Shown piece after piece: positions 37,905 through 50,503 of a stretch of 54,310 bases of DNA. Source of the DNA: Vicugna vicugna. Lineage: Eukaryota. Every line of letters starts with the position of its first letter. Position 1 is the stretch's first letter. The notes beneath the pieces were generated by a model. That model searched no databases, was not told the origin of the DNA, and worked only from the letters and a program-made list of their open reading frames with translations. The stretch is from assembly GCA_013265495.1 (NCBI GenBank), contig MU057547.1, forward strand, positions 5,253-59,562, read 5' to 3'. The position numbers and the translations under genes were made by a program.

Positions 37905-38461
37905 TTTTTTTTTTGCCGAAGTATAGTTGATTTACAATGTTAGTTTCAGGTTTTCAGCAAAGTGATTCAGTTATGCATACACATACATATATATATTTTT
38001 TTCTTTTCAGAGTTTTTTCCATTATATGTTATTACAAGGAATCGAATATAGTTCCCTATGCTATACAGTAGCTCCCTGTTGTTTATCTGTCTGATATATA
38101 GTAGTTAGTATCTGTTAATTCCAAACTCCTAATTTACCCTCCCCTGCCCTTTCTCCTCTGGTAGCTGTGGTTTGTTTTCCACGTCTCTGAGCCTGTTGTT
38201 AGTTTGTAAATAGAATTTGTATCATTTTTTTAGATTCCATATATAAGTGATATTATATGATATTTGTCTTTCTCTGTCTGACTTCACTCAATATGATAAC
38301 CTAAAAAATGTCCAAGATGACTGGATAAAGAAAATGTAGTGTGTGTGTGTGTGTGTGTGTGTGTCTGTACACACACACACACACACACACACACAATGGA
38401 ATACTACTCAGCCATAAAAAGAATAAATTTGCAGCAACATTGGTGGACCTAGAGGTTATCA
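37905..38461 (-). mobile_element. L1 3' fragment with an inverted 5' segment
   Basis: Antisense poly(T) and 3' UTR to about 38302, then a sense-oriented ORF2 C-terminal segment to 38461; similar flanks atgttttt(t)aaa on both sides. Confidence 0.85.
38339..38395. repeat. Self-complementary (GT)n-ctgt-(AC)n microsatellite
   Basis: About 13 GT units, a 4-nt spacer, then about 13 AC units. Confidence 0.95.
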
Positions 38462-41400
38462 CCTGATGTTTTTAAAATCATAGAAATCTAGAAAGTCATA
38501 TTGATTTTCATTAGAACATAGACTGATATAAACAACATGTGACTTTCTAACTGCTCAGTGTTAGTTGCTGTTTCATGGTAAAGGACTGTACTTGGCAGAG
38601 AAGTTTGAAAAAAGGGAATAGGGAGGTCCTTCCATTTAAGAAGTTCTGTATTTCAAAGGACAACACTTTACCACGAGTCTCTTTTTTTGAGAGTCCACTG
38701 AATAAAAGTAAAGATCATCCCAAATAACAGTCAGCATAAATATTTTAAAGTGATTTTTTGTGTTTTCCCCTGTGCCTGGTTTACAGTAGGACTGAAAAGT
38801 ATTTTCAGTTGAGCCCTGAGTCCGCACAGGGCTGTACCGGGACAGAAGCAGAGAAACAAGGTCGGGGAGACGTTGGCAAGCTCGAAGCAGGGGAAACCCC
38901 AGACTTTGGGTTTTTCCACATAACTTAGGACGGAGTGAAAAAGCAGATAAAGATAATGAAGCTGGACGGTCAGAGCTCAGTGTCTGAGAGACACGCTGGC
39001 GTGTCATGAAGGTGCACGGAGCAACTCAGAGCCTGGGTGGTTTGTGCGTCTCGTCAGGAAAGTCCTCTCCTGTCAGTGTGTAACGGCGTCAGCAGGGAGG
39101 TTCTGATTTAACTTCTGGCAAGATATGTCAAGTAGTCTTTCATAAAAATGTAAAATATGAAGATGGAAAACAGGATTATTTCACTGGGAGTTGCATTCAG
39201 CCGAAGCTCCAATATAACACTTGTCTATAAGGATTTTATTTAAGCTGTGGTGGAGAACTCAGTTTGGGTCCTGGCCGATGAGGGACAAGGGTGTGGAGGT
39301 TACCGGGGTGCAGGCGGCTTCGCACGAGGCGCTACGCTGAACTGCGTGGAGCAGCGGGAGTCGGAGAGAAGTGGGCGCGCGGGTCCGCAGGGATTGCAGC
39401 CACCGTGTTCCCGTTCAAAGTCGGAACATCTGACTCTTGGGGAGGAGAGGAAGACTTGGCTGAACCAGGACAGATCCGGTTCCTGAGCCAGGACAGCGGG
39501 AAGGTCTGACCGCAGGGATCGTGGCCGGGAAAGGAGGCAGAGACCAACGACCAGACTAAGGGAGCTAGAGACCGGGTGTCAGGGTCGGAGAGCAGCCTGG
39601 GGCCGCGCGGGACCCAGGGTTGGAGGCTGGTGGGAGGCTGTGTCGTCTCTCACGGGTTCATCCGCTGTCTTCACGCCACACCTGCCCCTTCACACGTCAC
39701 CCTTCTGTCCACAAGGGTCACACGAAGGTGTCAGGATAACCACATGGAAACAGTGAAAGCCAGAAAGCAGCCAAAAATCCAAAAACCAACAGATAACGTG
39801 CCTGCACGTCAGATCTGGGAGGGATCTGCCATCTGTAGAAGCAGCAGCTTTTTTCTGTCCTGAGACTTCACCCGGTGTGTTTTCCTTCCGTTTGGAGAAA
39901 ATCTACTTGTGAGGCTGACGGTGTCAGCTCTCTTGCTCACGAGTCACTAGTTTAGTTCTATTTTAAACTTCCGCTAAATAGGTTCCCATCAGGTTTAAAC
40001 TAATTTTTGAAACCAGTAGATTTTATAAATGGATGGATGTTAATTTGGGAATGAATACATTACTCAAAATATACTTAAGTACAAATGTCTTTCTGGACAA
40101 AATAATTGCTTAATATATAAAGAGTCTCAAGATTTTTAAATTATATAGAGATCAGTCATCTTTTTATTCAAGAACAATGAATTTTTTTCCCAGCCTGAAA
40201 GCGATTCTTGTTAATTAGTTCAAAATATCCGCCCTTTCAGATAAAGTGAGCATGGCTTTCTGTGCAGATAAGTAAGTGCCAGTCGTCTGGGGGCTAGACC
40301 ACTGCTGGTTTAGGTTAATGGAAATTCTCGCCAGATACAGATCTCAGAGGCTGTATTTTATCTTCAGTAAAACGTTTGCTGTTGACAGTGCACATGTAAG
40401 AGCCATGGTTTTAGCCACAGAGTGTGGCTGCAGCCCCGCGGAGCTGTCAGAACAGCACTGTCACCAGGCTACGTTGTGCTCCGCGTTTCCAGCCTTGTTT
40501 ATAATTAGGCGGTTACCTTGCCGTCAGTCTGTGCTTTCAAACCGTATCTCCATCTTTCTATTAAGCAGAAGACACTCAATTTCTCACACTAAGAAACACA
40601 GCTGTGCCTTTTTTCCCCCATAAGTTAGTAAGTTTAATTTTCAGCAGTTTCTTTTTTGTTTTTAAATTTTTTAAGATAAAGGTTGGGTATTTGGATTCAA
40701 ATTTCATCCCTAATTTCTCAGCTTTATTGTCTTGTTCAAGAGTGATGTTTTAGAGATGAAAATTAATATTGTTCTATATACATATAATACATTATTTTGT
40801 CCCCTTGTTCTAGATTGGCTACACTTTTATTTAAGCGTTCTAGAATTCAAGAGAATTCAGAGGGTTTTCAGAATCTGGAAGTCTTTTAGTTCCAATATTC
40901 AGATTCTTTCTGAAAGTTTTCTATTTTAAGACATTTCAGAAAGAAGGTAGTGGCTACTTCTGTCACTGTTTGTTGTCTTGTGTGACATGTAATTTCTTTT
41001 GGATGGGAGGGAAATCTGAAGTCAGGAGTATGTGATAAACGTAGTAACTTATTACTGAACGAGATGCTTTGATTGTAATGACAGCTGATGGATTTGAAGT
41101 GCAGTTATCAGAAGAAAGAAAAGGATGGGCTGTGATTTTGTAGAGGAGAGTCTTCATGTAGTGAATTCAGATGGAGAATTAGGACAGCTGAGTGCCATCG
41201 GCACCTCAGATAAATTCATGCAGATGCTCCTGGTACCACGGGGTGGAGGCGGCAGGAGGCCCAGCCTTGTGGGCTGTGCCTGTGGGCCCCCCTCCTCGAC
41301 CTGGCCGGCTGTGTTCCCTGACTCAGCATCGTTTTCCCTTGTGTTTCAGGTCTGTCTCTTTCAGGTCTCAGAGCACTCCCACTTTACTACGTCAGCCAAG

Positions 41401-44079
41401 CGATGACCCCCCCACCCTGTCACAGGGAGAGTGTGCGGGGACGGTGAGGGTGTGAGCTGTGAGGAGACACTGAGTCACGAGGTCACAATGCCTGACAGCA
41501 TGAGTCCCCACAGAAGTGTTTCCAAAGAACGAATGTACATTGTTTCTCTTTTCCCAAATACGATGTTACCTTGAACATTTATTTTAAAATATAAGCCCTT
41601 AAAAATGCCCACAGGTAAATTACGTTGGTTCTAGTCAAGGATTCCTTCTAGCTTTAAGAAGCCGTGTGTCAATGCTCGGCACTCCTGATTTCCTGCGATA
41701 AATCAGGAGTAACGCTTACAGTGATGATGACATCCTGACACTGTGATACTGTGACTAGCATCTCCTGCCAGTGGCTCTGAACTAAGTTAAATCTCGAGGG
41801 TGGCAGTGGGCAGCCGTGCTGAGTCTCTGCTAAGGTCCCACAGTCAGGAAATAAAACTGTTATTCATAATTGAAGAATTCAGATTTCTATGTAGTAGTTT
41901 TTCTCAGGAAACTAAAGAGGATGAATTCGAATCAGCCCAAAATAACACAGTCATCCGTCCTGATTGCTTCATTAGCATCTTAAGAGACCATGACAACTGA
42001 GACATTTTGTGTGTTTTCCAGAACCTAATTAGAAATGCAACTTACAATTTTTAGAACTGGGTACAGAACACACTGTCCTCAGGTTGGGCTCTTTTCTTTG
42101 AAGCTTTTAGTTTGCTTGCTTGTTTGTTTCCCTATGATCGCTAAGAAGGTGGAGGCAATAAACCCATACGTGTTGGTAGAACGCACTGTTTCCTCTCCTG
42201 TAGAGGTTGGACATTGCAGCCGTGAGCATGCCTGGTGTTTGTGTCCGGGCTCAGCAGGAGTTCCAGGCGTTGTGTGGCCACGTAGTACCCACTGGGGTGG
42301 ACGTACGGTGTTTTGTGTGATCTTAGGAGTTGCACAGCCAATTACGTCATGTAACTGATGGAGAAGCCAGAGTTCAGTCCTGTGGTGACTGATGGTGTTT
42401 AACTTCTCGCCCTGGTTCCATCCTCTTGACAGCGGGGCTGCTCCAAGCCCCAGGCTCCACCCTTTCTGTTCAGTGTAATGTTTTGTTTATGCAAAGTCAC
42501 ATAAACATCTTTTCAACCTGGTGTTCATTTAAAAAAATATTTCTTATTTTTAATGTCATAGCTCCCAGGTCACTTAAAGCACAAAATTTTAGAGTAAGTT
42601 ATTTTATACTTCAGAATTAGCCCAGTTTCTTCAATTTATGGGTGAAGACATTAGTAGAGAGCAGTTGGGGCATCATCGGGACTGGAGGTAAATATTCTTT
42701 CATAAGACGAGCTGTTTCTGCTGTGTTGGTAGGACTTCCCCTGTGATCCTGTTTCTGGAGGCCCTTTAGTTAGTGGTAACTGAATCAATCACAGGTCTGT
42801 TTAGCTCTAATATTAGAAAGAAAATCCCAGATATAAACCTTTATCACAGGATTCAGTAAAATCATACTTATATACTGAGCAACAGATTAAAAATGGAAAT
42901 CAGTAAAAATAAGGGTTTTTACACATAACCAATTTTTCTGGAATGTGTCTGTTTATGAAAGAAACTCTATTAGCATTCACCACTTTTAAGAGGTTTGGAA
43001 AACAATGTGATGTATTGACAGAGACAGAGAATAAGGGCTGAAGAGAATGGTATTTAAAGTCCCCACCCATCTCAACTAGAGTAAGACAGCTCTGGACGAA
43101 GTTCGGAAGTGATTCAGAGGGATTCTGAGTTTTCCTTACCTGGGTTTACCATGCAGCAGTCAGTTGCACTTGGCACCTTTACAAGACAGAATATTATTGA
43201 AATAAACACTGTGATGTTCGGTATATGTTTATCACCAAACAAATTAATCAAACCATTGCACCTGAAGCTGTGTCGTCCTGGTGGTGGGAGACCAGGTTCG
43301 CGTGGGTGGGTTTCTGTGCCTGAAGTGATGCCAAGATTTGAAACCGAGAAAGTCACGGCAAAGATTTGCGGCTGCATTTAATCACATTTAGCACCACGGA
43401 ACTGGCTGTCAGAAGTCTAATTAGCTGTCAGACATTCATCTGCTTTCCTTGCCTCTCGCTTGCACAGCCTTTCATGATAACATCTGGCAAGTTTTAAAAA
43501 ATTCCCTAAAAACCACTTCTTCCTTTATTTCACAGAGTAGAGTTACGGTGACGTGAGTGCTGTCAGGACAAAGGAAGCACGCTTGGTGCTTCCTTGTCGA
43601 ACCATGAGGGAGGTTTTTAGTGTTACTTTTGAGTTGTTGGTCATTTTTTTTTTTTTTTGTAAAAGCACTCAGTTAAGTGTAGAGAGAGTTTACTGAGTGG
43701 ATGCCGATATGATACATGCTTTGATTTGACTATTTAATGATGTTGACAGTTTTCCAGAATTAAACCCAGCTCTCAGTGGCACTGTCCACCTGCTCTTAAA
43801 CCACGATGAATGTCCACATTAGTCCATTTTTCTCAGTTTTTTCCTCAACTGCTAAAGAGTTCTCTTATCACCTGAATGTTACCAGATGAAATTTAGAAAG
43901 GCATATTTGCTTTTGTTGGTTTATACTTGGGAGGATAAACATTCCACAACATAAAATTTTGATGATCACAAAATATGATAATATCCAGGTGGTAAAGAGT
44001 GATTGTTTACATGGACTAAGAGCAGACTTACTAATTAGTGGAATTTGGTGGCAGAAAAACATAAAATATCTTCATTGCA

Positions 44080-44740
44080 GTGAAAAATAAAATTATCAAA
44101 TAAAATTTCCAAACAGCTAAACTATCCTTCAAGAGTGACTGGAAAATAAAAGTACATTCAGGGAAAAATATCATATGAATAGCACAAATTGCACTTGTTG
44201 AAAGAACCGCAGAAAAATGTGCTTTAGCAGGTAGAAGGCAGCTGTGTGAGGGGACCCACGGGAGGAGGGGACTGCAGGCGCAGTCGCGGGCGGAAGTGGG
44301 GAGGTTGGTCATTTTAAATGTTGTCAGTAATAATAACGGAGAAGATGACCACAGTGCAGCGGTGGGGGTCATGTGCGGTGGGCGTCTCGGCTGACGGTGA
44401 GGAGGCTGCCTGTCAGACGCCGTCTCAGGTCCTGGTTCTCTCAGAAGGAGGGTGAACTACCTGCGTTGTGGTCACTGTCACCTGCTACACCAGCTGTGCA
44501 TGTGAACATCTAAAGGAAGCCGCTGAAAGAGAGTTAATTTCCAAACCAGCAGGAAGGGGAAAGGTACAAAATAAAACCAACACACCATGAGGCAGGAACG
44601 GGGAAAGAAAAGCAAAGGAAAAAAACTGCAAAATAGGAAGCATAAAATAAAGTGATAAAAGAGTGTCCAATTAAATTAAAAAATTACCATAGATGAAACA
44701 GGAAAAGAGAGAGGTCATCTTAGATCGACTTATAAATCCA
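44080..44740 (+). mobile_element. Ancient L1 ORF1 end / inter-ORF fragment
   Basis: cagctaaactatccttcaagagtga resembles the ORF1 motif PAKLSFK; A-rich strand bias follows. Confidence 0.45.
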
Positions 44741-46339
44741 CCTTTGGGTTGTGAGAGCTGCCTGTAAAATACAAAAATTAAGACTTTAAAAGAAAGTCAT
44801 TGGAGGAAAGGTCACTGGGAAAATGCTCATCAGAAGGAGAGCGGCTCCAGCAATGGGGATGTGGCCACCGTCCCCACAGAGGAGGGAGGCGCCGGCGTGG
44901 GCTCCATGTGTGCGGGCTGCTTTCCCAGCCCAGCGGTCCACACGGACCAGTGCCGAGTCCCTGACACCAGCTCTGCTCCGTCACCATGGCCCTGTGCCCG
45001 TCCTCACAATCAGCTCCTCATCCTTTCTCTGTGGGACGTTTGGCTGGGTTCCCTGTTGACACGCATTCTTCAGAGCATCTCCATATCTTTTTGTGTGACA
45101 CACCATCTTACCCCGCTCTCCCACCCAAAATCGCTCCCCAACGTAGCATCACCTGTAAGATCAAACTGCACAAGGTGAGCAGCTTCTGTCTGCCTCTCCC
45201 TCCAGTGATGTTCCACCCAGAATTACCCTTCTCTGATCCTGAACAACCTGTCTGTCCCCACACAGGGACTCCTTCCTGCCCCGGTGTTGGTGCGCTGTTC
45301 AGACTGGCCCCTCATCCTGAAGTTTCCTTTTTTCACTGTGTGTCTTTCAAAACCTGCCTAAGGTTTCACTCATTCTAATCATCCCCCATCATGACGATAC
45401 AGTCCTTCCTGTGCGTGTCTGTGTGTGTGTTTCCACATAGCTAAACACAGACACACATTTCTACCCAACGGTGTTTTCTAATTCCCCACTTGTCCATCTC
45501 TCTTTCAATAAACAGGCTGAGTCTGTGCAGGGCACATGGTGCCAACATGCATGCTAAGAGGTAGTCATCCCCTCTGAGAGCAGAATGTGGACTTGGAGGT
45601 CGTTCAGCCCAAACTCTTTTATAGGTGGACTTGGCAGGTTACATAGAGATGAAGGGTTTGAACTGTGTCAGTCTTTGGAAACTGCATCAGTGTTGGGAGG
45701 ACTGTTTCTGCTGCGTTTCTCGGGCGTTGGCTGTGCTAAGGTGGCTGGTCCATTAGTAACTCCACCAGAAATAAAGTCCAGCGTGGTTTACGAGAGCTTT
45801 GGCCCAGGATCGTGGGATTTCGTCTTCTCAAGTCTAGGCTTCTTGTGGAAAACACTGTGAAAATCCAGAGGGGTGTTGTACAGATTCGGGGATCCAGTCT
45901 TCTCTGAAAGTTTCTTTCCTCCTTAATACCAGCATTCATTCCCATTTTTGCGTCTTCGTGGAGCTGCCTTTTGCCTTTCCTCTCTCAAAGCACCTGCACT
46001 GAACGTGAATGCTTGACGGCGGTTCTGCTCCGCTGGGGACCCAGTGACTTCCCTGCTGTTTCCCGACCTGGCCTCTGCCTGCTTGCTTCTCAGCCCCTCC
46101 TGTGGGGACTTCTCTCCAAGTCCTGGTCTTTATCCTTGCTGACTGTCTGCGCTCACACCTGTTCTCTTTGCTCACCTGCTCTGATCTGGTAGCAAGTGTG
46201 GATTCTGTGCTGAAAAACAAGTGTTCTGATGAAACAGGAGAATCCTACATCACAAATAAAATGCGGAAGTTAAAATATAAGGCATTCGTTTGAAATTCAG
46301 ACTGCTTTTTTCTGAAACAAAACAAAACAGAAATGACAT

Positions 46340-47255
46340 CCACAAACAGAAACAAAAACCAACCCGGGGAAACACTGGGCAGAAGACCTGGATAGACGTT
46401 TTTCCAGAGAAGACGCACAGATGCCCAGCAGGCCCCGGGAGAGGTGCTCACCATCGCTGATCATCGGGGATGCACAGCAGGACACCTGTCAGAGCAGCTG
46501 CCGTCAGATAGATAAGAAATAACAAATGTTGGAAAAGGCGTGCAGAAAAGGGAGCCCTTGTGCCCTGCTGGAGGGAATGTAGATTGGTGCGGCCACTGTA
46601 GAAATCAGCATGGAGGTTTCTCAGAAAACTAAAAGTAGAGCTGCTGTATGACCCAGTAACTCCACTCCTGGGGACACGCCCCCCAAACTGCAAACACCGA
46701 TTCACCGATTCACCCCAGTGCTCACAGCAGCACTGTATACAATAGCCAAGACATGGAAACGACCCAAATGTCCATCAACAGATGACTGGATAAAGATGTG
46801 ACATGTGTACACACACACACACACACACACAAATACTATTCAGCCATAAAGGAGGATGACATTTTGTCATTTGCAGCAGCGTTTGTGGACTCGGAGGGTA
46901 GTATGCTAAGTGAAATAAGTCAGACAGAAAAAGACAAATATTCTCTTATTACTTACATGTGGAATCTAAAAAATAAAACAAATGAATACTAAAAAAAAGA
47001 AGCAGACTCACAGATACAGAGAACAAACCAGCGGTTGCCAGCGGGAGGGGCAGTATTGGGGCAGGATAACAGGAGGTTCAGACTGTCATGCGCGAAGTAA
47101 GCTGTGAGGGTGCACTGTAGGGCACAGGGAAGACAGCCGGTGCTTATGGCAATTACCAGTAGAGTATGAGCTTTAAAAATTGTGTGTCACTGTGTGGTAC
47201 ACCTGTAATATGTAATATTGTACATCAACTATACTTCAGTAAAAAAGGGAAAAAA
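46340..47255 (+). mobile_element. L1 ORF2 3' end and 3' UTR, with an internal (CA)n
   Basis: atagccaagacatggaaacgacccaaatgtccatcaacagatgactggataaag; ORF with SFAAAFVDSEGSMLSEISQTEKDKY; A-rich tail. Confidence 0.92.
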
Positions 47256-47500
47256 ACTGATCAGTTAAGTCCCCAGGTTAGTTCATATCAATCAGGAAGA
47301 TTATTGAATTACTGGATTAACTGCTACGAGATTATTAGCAGGAAGGAAGGAGCACAGCCACATGGACTGACTGCTCTGGCTGAAATCTTCCTCAGGGTGG
47401 TTGTACTGGGTGCTTGAGACAAAGGTAAAAACAAGAATGCAGAAGAGAACAGATGCCAGTTCTGAACAGACGGGAAGACAGGAGAGCCATGAAGGGAGGA

Positions 47501-47700
47501 GGTGGTTTATCTGTAAGACGCGGGGCTGGTTCTGTAAGACATGGGGCTGGTTCTATAAGATGCAGGGTTTGTTCTGTAAGACACGGGGCTGGTTCGGTAA
47601 GACACAGGGCTGGTTCTGTAAGACGCGGGGCTGGTTCCGTAAGACGCGGGGCTGGTTCTGTAAGACGCGGGGTTTGTTCTGTAAGACACAGGTCTGCTTC
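47501..47700 (+). repeat. Minisatellite, about 9.5 copies of a 21-bp unit (GGGGCTGGTTCTGTAAGACGC)
   Basis: Exact 21-bp period read directly, with no spacers. Confidence 0.95.
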
Positions 47701-48685
47701 CAATCCTAGGGTCTCGGCCAAGAGGGAGATGGTTGTGTTACTGTGATTTCAGGAGTAAAATCTCAGTGTCTGTGTTTGCAGGCTGTCATGGTTCTAGTTT
47801 TAAGCTGCCGACAGTGTGAGCTCTACTCACAAGTGCAGACGGCCAAAGCCACGTGTGCAGAAAGTGTCTTTTCTGGTTGCAGATCCAGTGTGTCGGCTCC
47901 TTCATGTTCTCTTCCTGTCATGTTTTCCATCTCCTGACCAAGGCTACTGCTCTTTTATTTGTTTATTTCTTAGAATTTCGTGCCAAACGTTCATTAACTA
48001 CATGTGCTGTATTTGTTCTAAGTTCCTTCCTGCTGCGCAGTTTTTGAGTTCTGATGTCGCTTATTAGATAGAACAGGGGTGTCAGTGGAACTTCTGGAAA
48101 GTCCCGCATGCAGGCTATGTAAGGCAGAGGAGCCGGAAGGGAGCACCTGAGTACAGCTGTGAGTGGTCTGCCTTCATGCGTGGTTACGTCAGCTTCACCA
48201 CGACAAGTTTATATGCACTGGAGTGTTTTATTTCAAAGTGGAAACACTCCTTTTTCAGAGTGATGGCCCAAATTAAATGCATCAATATTGAGTATGTGAC
48301 ACATATGTACATAAAATACAATTGTATGTGCAATGACACTGTTAGGCAGAATTGTTTAATTTCAATCAATATTTAAAAGTGACATTAAAATTAAAAATAT
48401 ATTAAATAATATTAAAAATAAAGTATTTTAAGGAATAGAAATAGATCAGAACATTTTAATGCCTACTGAGTTATTGCTTCTTTGTCTTTTATGTTGTCCA
48501 ACAAGAAATCATACAGTTCTAATGTGTCTTAGTTCTAGGGGACAGTGTTTTAATTAGTGACAACTTAAACTTTGATAGTATCATGAGAATGTTTCAGAAA
48601 TGTGCATTTTCTTACTAACCTAAGAATGTTCAACATTTTATAGAGAAAAAATAATATAGTTTATCTTAATTTCTGATACTACTCA

Positions 48686-49475
48686 TTTTTGTTTTCTTTG
48701 GATAAATACCCAGGAGTGGAATTCCTGGGTTATATGATAGTTCTGTTTTTAGTTTTTGGAAGAAACTCCATACTGTTTTCCACGGTGGCTGCACCAAATC
48801 CTGTTCTCACCAGCAGTGTAGGAGGGTCCCTTTCCTCCATACCTTCCAATTGTCTTTTAAAATAAGACAGGTGTGAGGTGGCACCTCATTGTGGCTTTGA
48901 TTGGCATTTCCCTGATGTAGAGCATCTTTTTGTGTGCCTGTGTTACAGAAACAGAAACGACAGGCCAGTCAAGAAACAAGCACCACTCAGAGGGTTGGAG
49001 TACTCAGATGTATTATGCCGGGGTCTCAGAGGGGCTTCTGCTCCGAAGCTCTGAGCACCTCCAAGACGTGCACGTGAGGTTTTACAGGGTTAAGTACAAG
49101 CTTGGGGTATTCGGACAATAGGCATGGAACAGCTTTAGCAGCATTATCATCACAAAAGTGGAGGCAGGGAGGCAGCAAACCAACATTCCAAAGCCAGATA
49201 TGTATCTTTGAAAACCCAGCTGGCTAGCAAAAAACTTGAACAGCAAACCAACACTAATTAACTTAGATTTACAAGTTAGTCCAGCAGAACTCAGATCAGT
49301 ATTCCGATACTTAGATTTGTGAGTTATCTTGTTAGCCCAGCCCAGCCTCTCCTTCACATTCCTAGACTTGTGAGTTACCTTGTTAGACCAGCCTGGCTTT
49401 TCCTTCACACCTGTAGTCCATCTGCATGTCTTCTTTGGAAAATGTCTGTCAGGTCCTCTGCCTAAATTTTAATCG
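48686..49475 (-). mobile_element. L1 ORF2 3' fragment interrupted by an LTR
   Basis: ggataaatacccaggagtgg...gagcatctttttgtgtgcctg resumes as cctgtagtccatctgcatgtcttctttgg after the LTR. Confidence 0.88.
48941..49409 (-). mobile_element. Solo ERV LTR, 469 bp, nested in an L1
   Basis: TG...CA termini with TSD CCTG at 48937-48940 and 49410-49413; the host L1 is contiguous once the insert is removed. Orientation is inferred. Confidence 0.88.
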
Positions 49476-49517
49476 GTTTTTTTTTCTTTTTTTTTTTTCT
49501 TTTTTGATGCTGAGTTG

Positions 49518-49812
49518 ATGAGGCCCCTGGGTTAGGGAGCCCAGTATGGGGCTTGGACCCCTTGGCCCCTGCGGAGAGCCTCTGCAAGTTCAGATATCCT
49601 GCCGGGTGCTGGTTGCCCATCTGGGGGCGTGGGTCCTGGTGGCACGGCGACGCTGCCCCCCATCCCTTGCGGTTCCCTCTGTGCTTTAGTTGTGGGAAAT
49701 TTTTCCTGCTGGTCTTCAGGTCTTTCTCATGGAAGCTGCTTGTGGTTGTAATTTCAGTGCCGTGGGAGGAGGTGAGCTCGCAGTCTTCCTGCTCTGCTGT
49801 CTTGGCCACCAA
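49518..49812 (-). mobile_element. L1 5' UTR start fragment
   Basis: Reverse complement gccaagacagcagagcaggaagactgcgagctcacctcctcccacgg resembles the 5' end of laurasiatherian L1s. Confidence 0.6.
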
Positions 49813-50503
49813 AGTTTAAACTTAAACGAATGAATTGGGTAGTATGTAAGTTACATAGCAGCAACATTGTTACAAACAAACAAAAAACCAGCAACAGCAG
49901 AATTACACAGCTTTTGTGTTGGCAGCCACCAAAAGAGGGTCTTCCCCTAGAGATATGGTGGTCAGGCACAGACAGTTTGAAAATGAAAAAACATCTCATT
50001 TCTTGCCACGATGCATGCAGGCAGCCCCCGCACAACTTGAGACTTTTCTTGGAAATCCCAAGAGGCATTGATGTCCACGAACGTTGTTTGGGGTTTCTTC
50101 CTTTTTTTTTTTTTCTACACACCTGCATCCACCCAAGAAAAGCAGAACAGATTATAATTCTTCACTGACACAAAGTGTCATTTCTTCACCTCGAATGTTT
50201 AGAAAGCGGTAGTAACTGCAGAAAGTTTTGGTTGTAAAGTTTCTGCTTTGATCACACGTCTGATCACAGGGGTTTGTGTGCTTCAGCTTCGGAACAGATG
50301 GATGAGACTAAACTCCAGCTCTGTTAACTCTGAGCTGTCAAAGTGGAAGCAAAAAGTATCTCTTAATAGAGGAAGAATGTGAACAAAATTTACAGCTCAA
50401 GGCTCTGCCAACTCCCTGATCAAATTGTTTTAATGGTATTCCAACCTACATTTTACAGAAACTTATTTTAGTATTTTCTGTGCAATCTCTGTCTTTTTTT
50501 AAG

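Noticed and set aside
41681..41710. Perfect 11-bp inverted repeat (actcctgattt-8 nt-aaatcaggagt)
   Set aside because: One such short hairpin in 54 kb is plausible by chance; too short for a pre-miRNA and without other support.
47392..47746. Repeat-peptide ORFs (RLTEPAP)n, or a CRISPR-like array
   Set aside because: A 21-bp period keeps frames open. Units are contiguous without spacers, no cas genes are present and the context is a mammalian intron.
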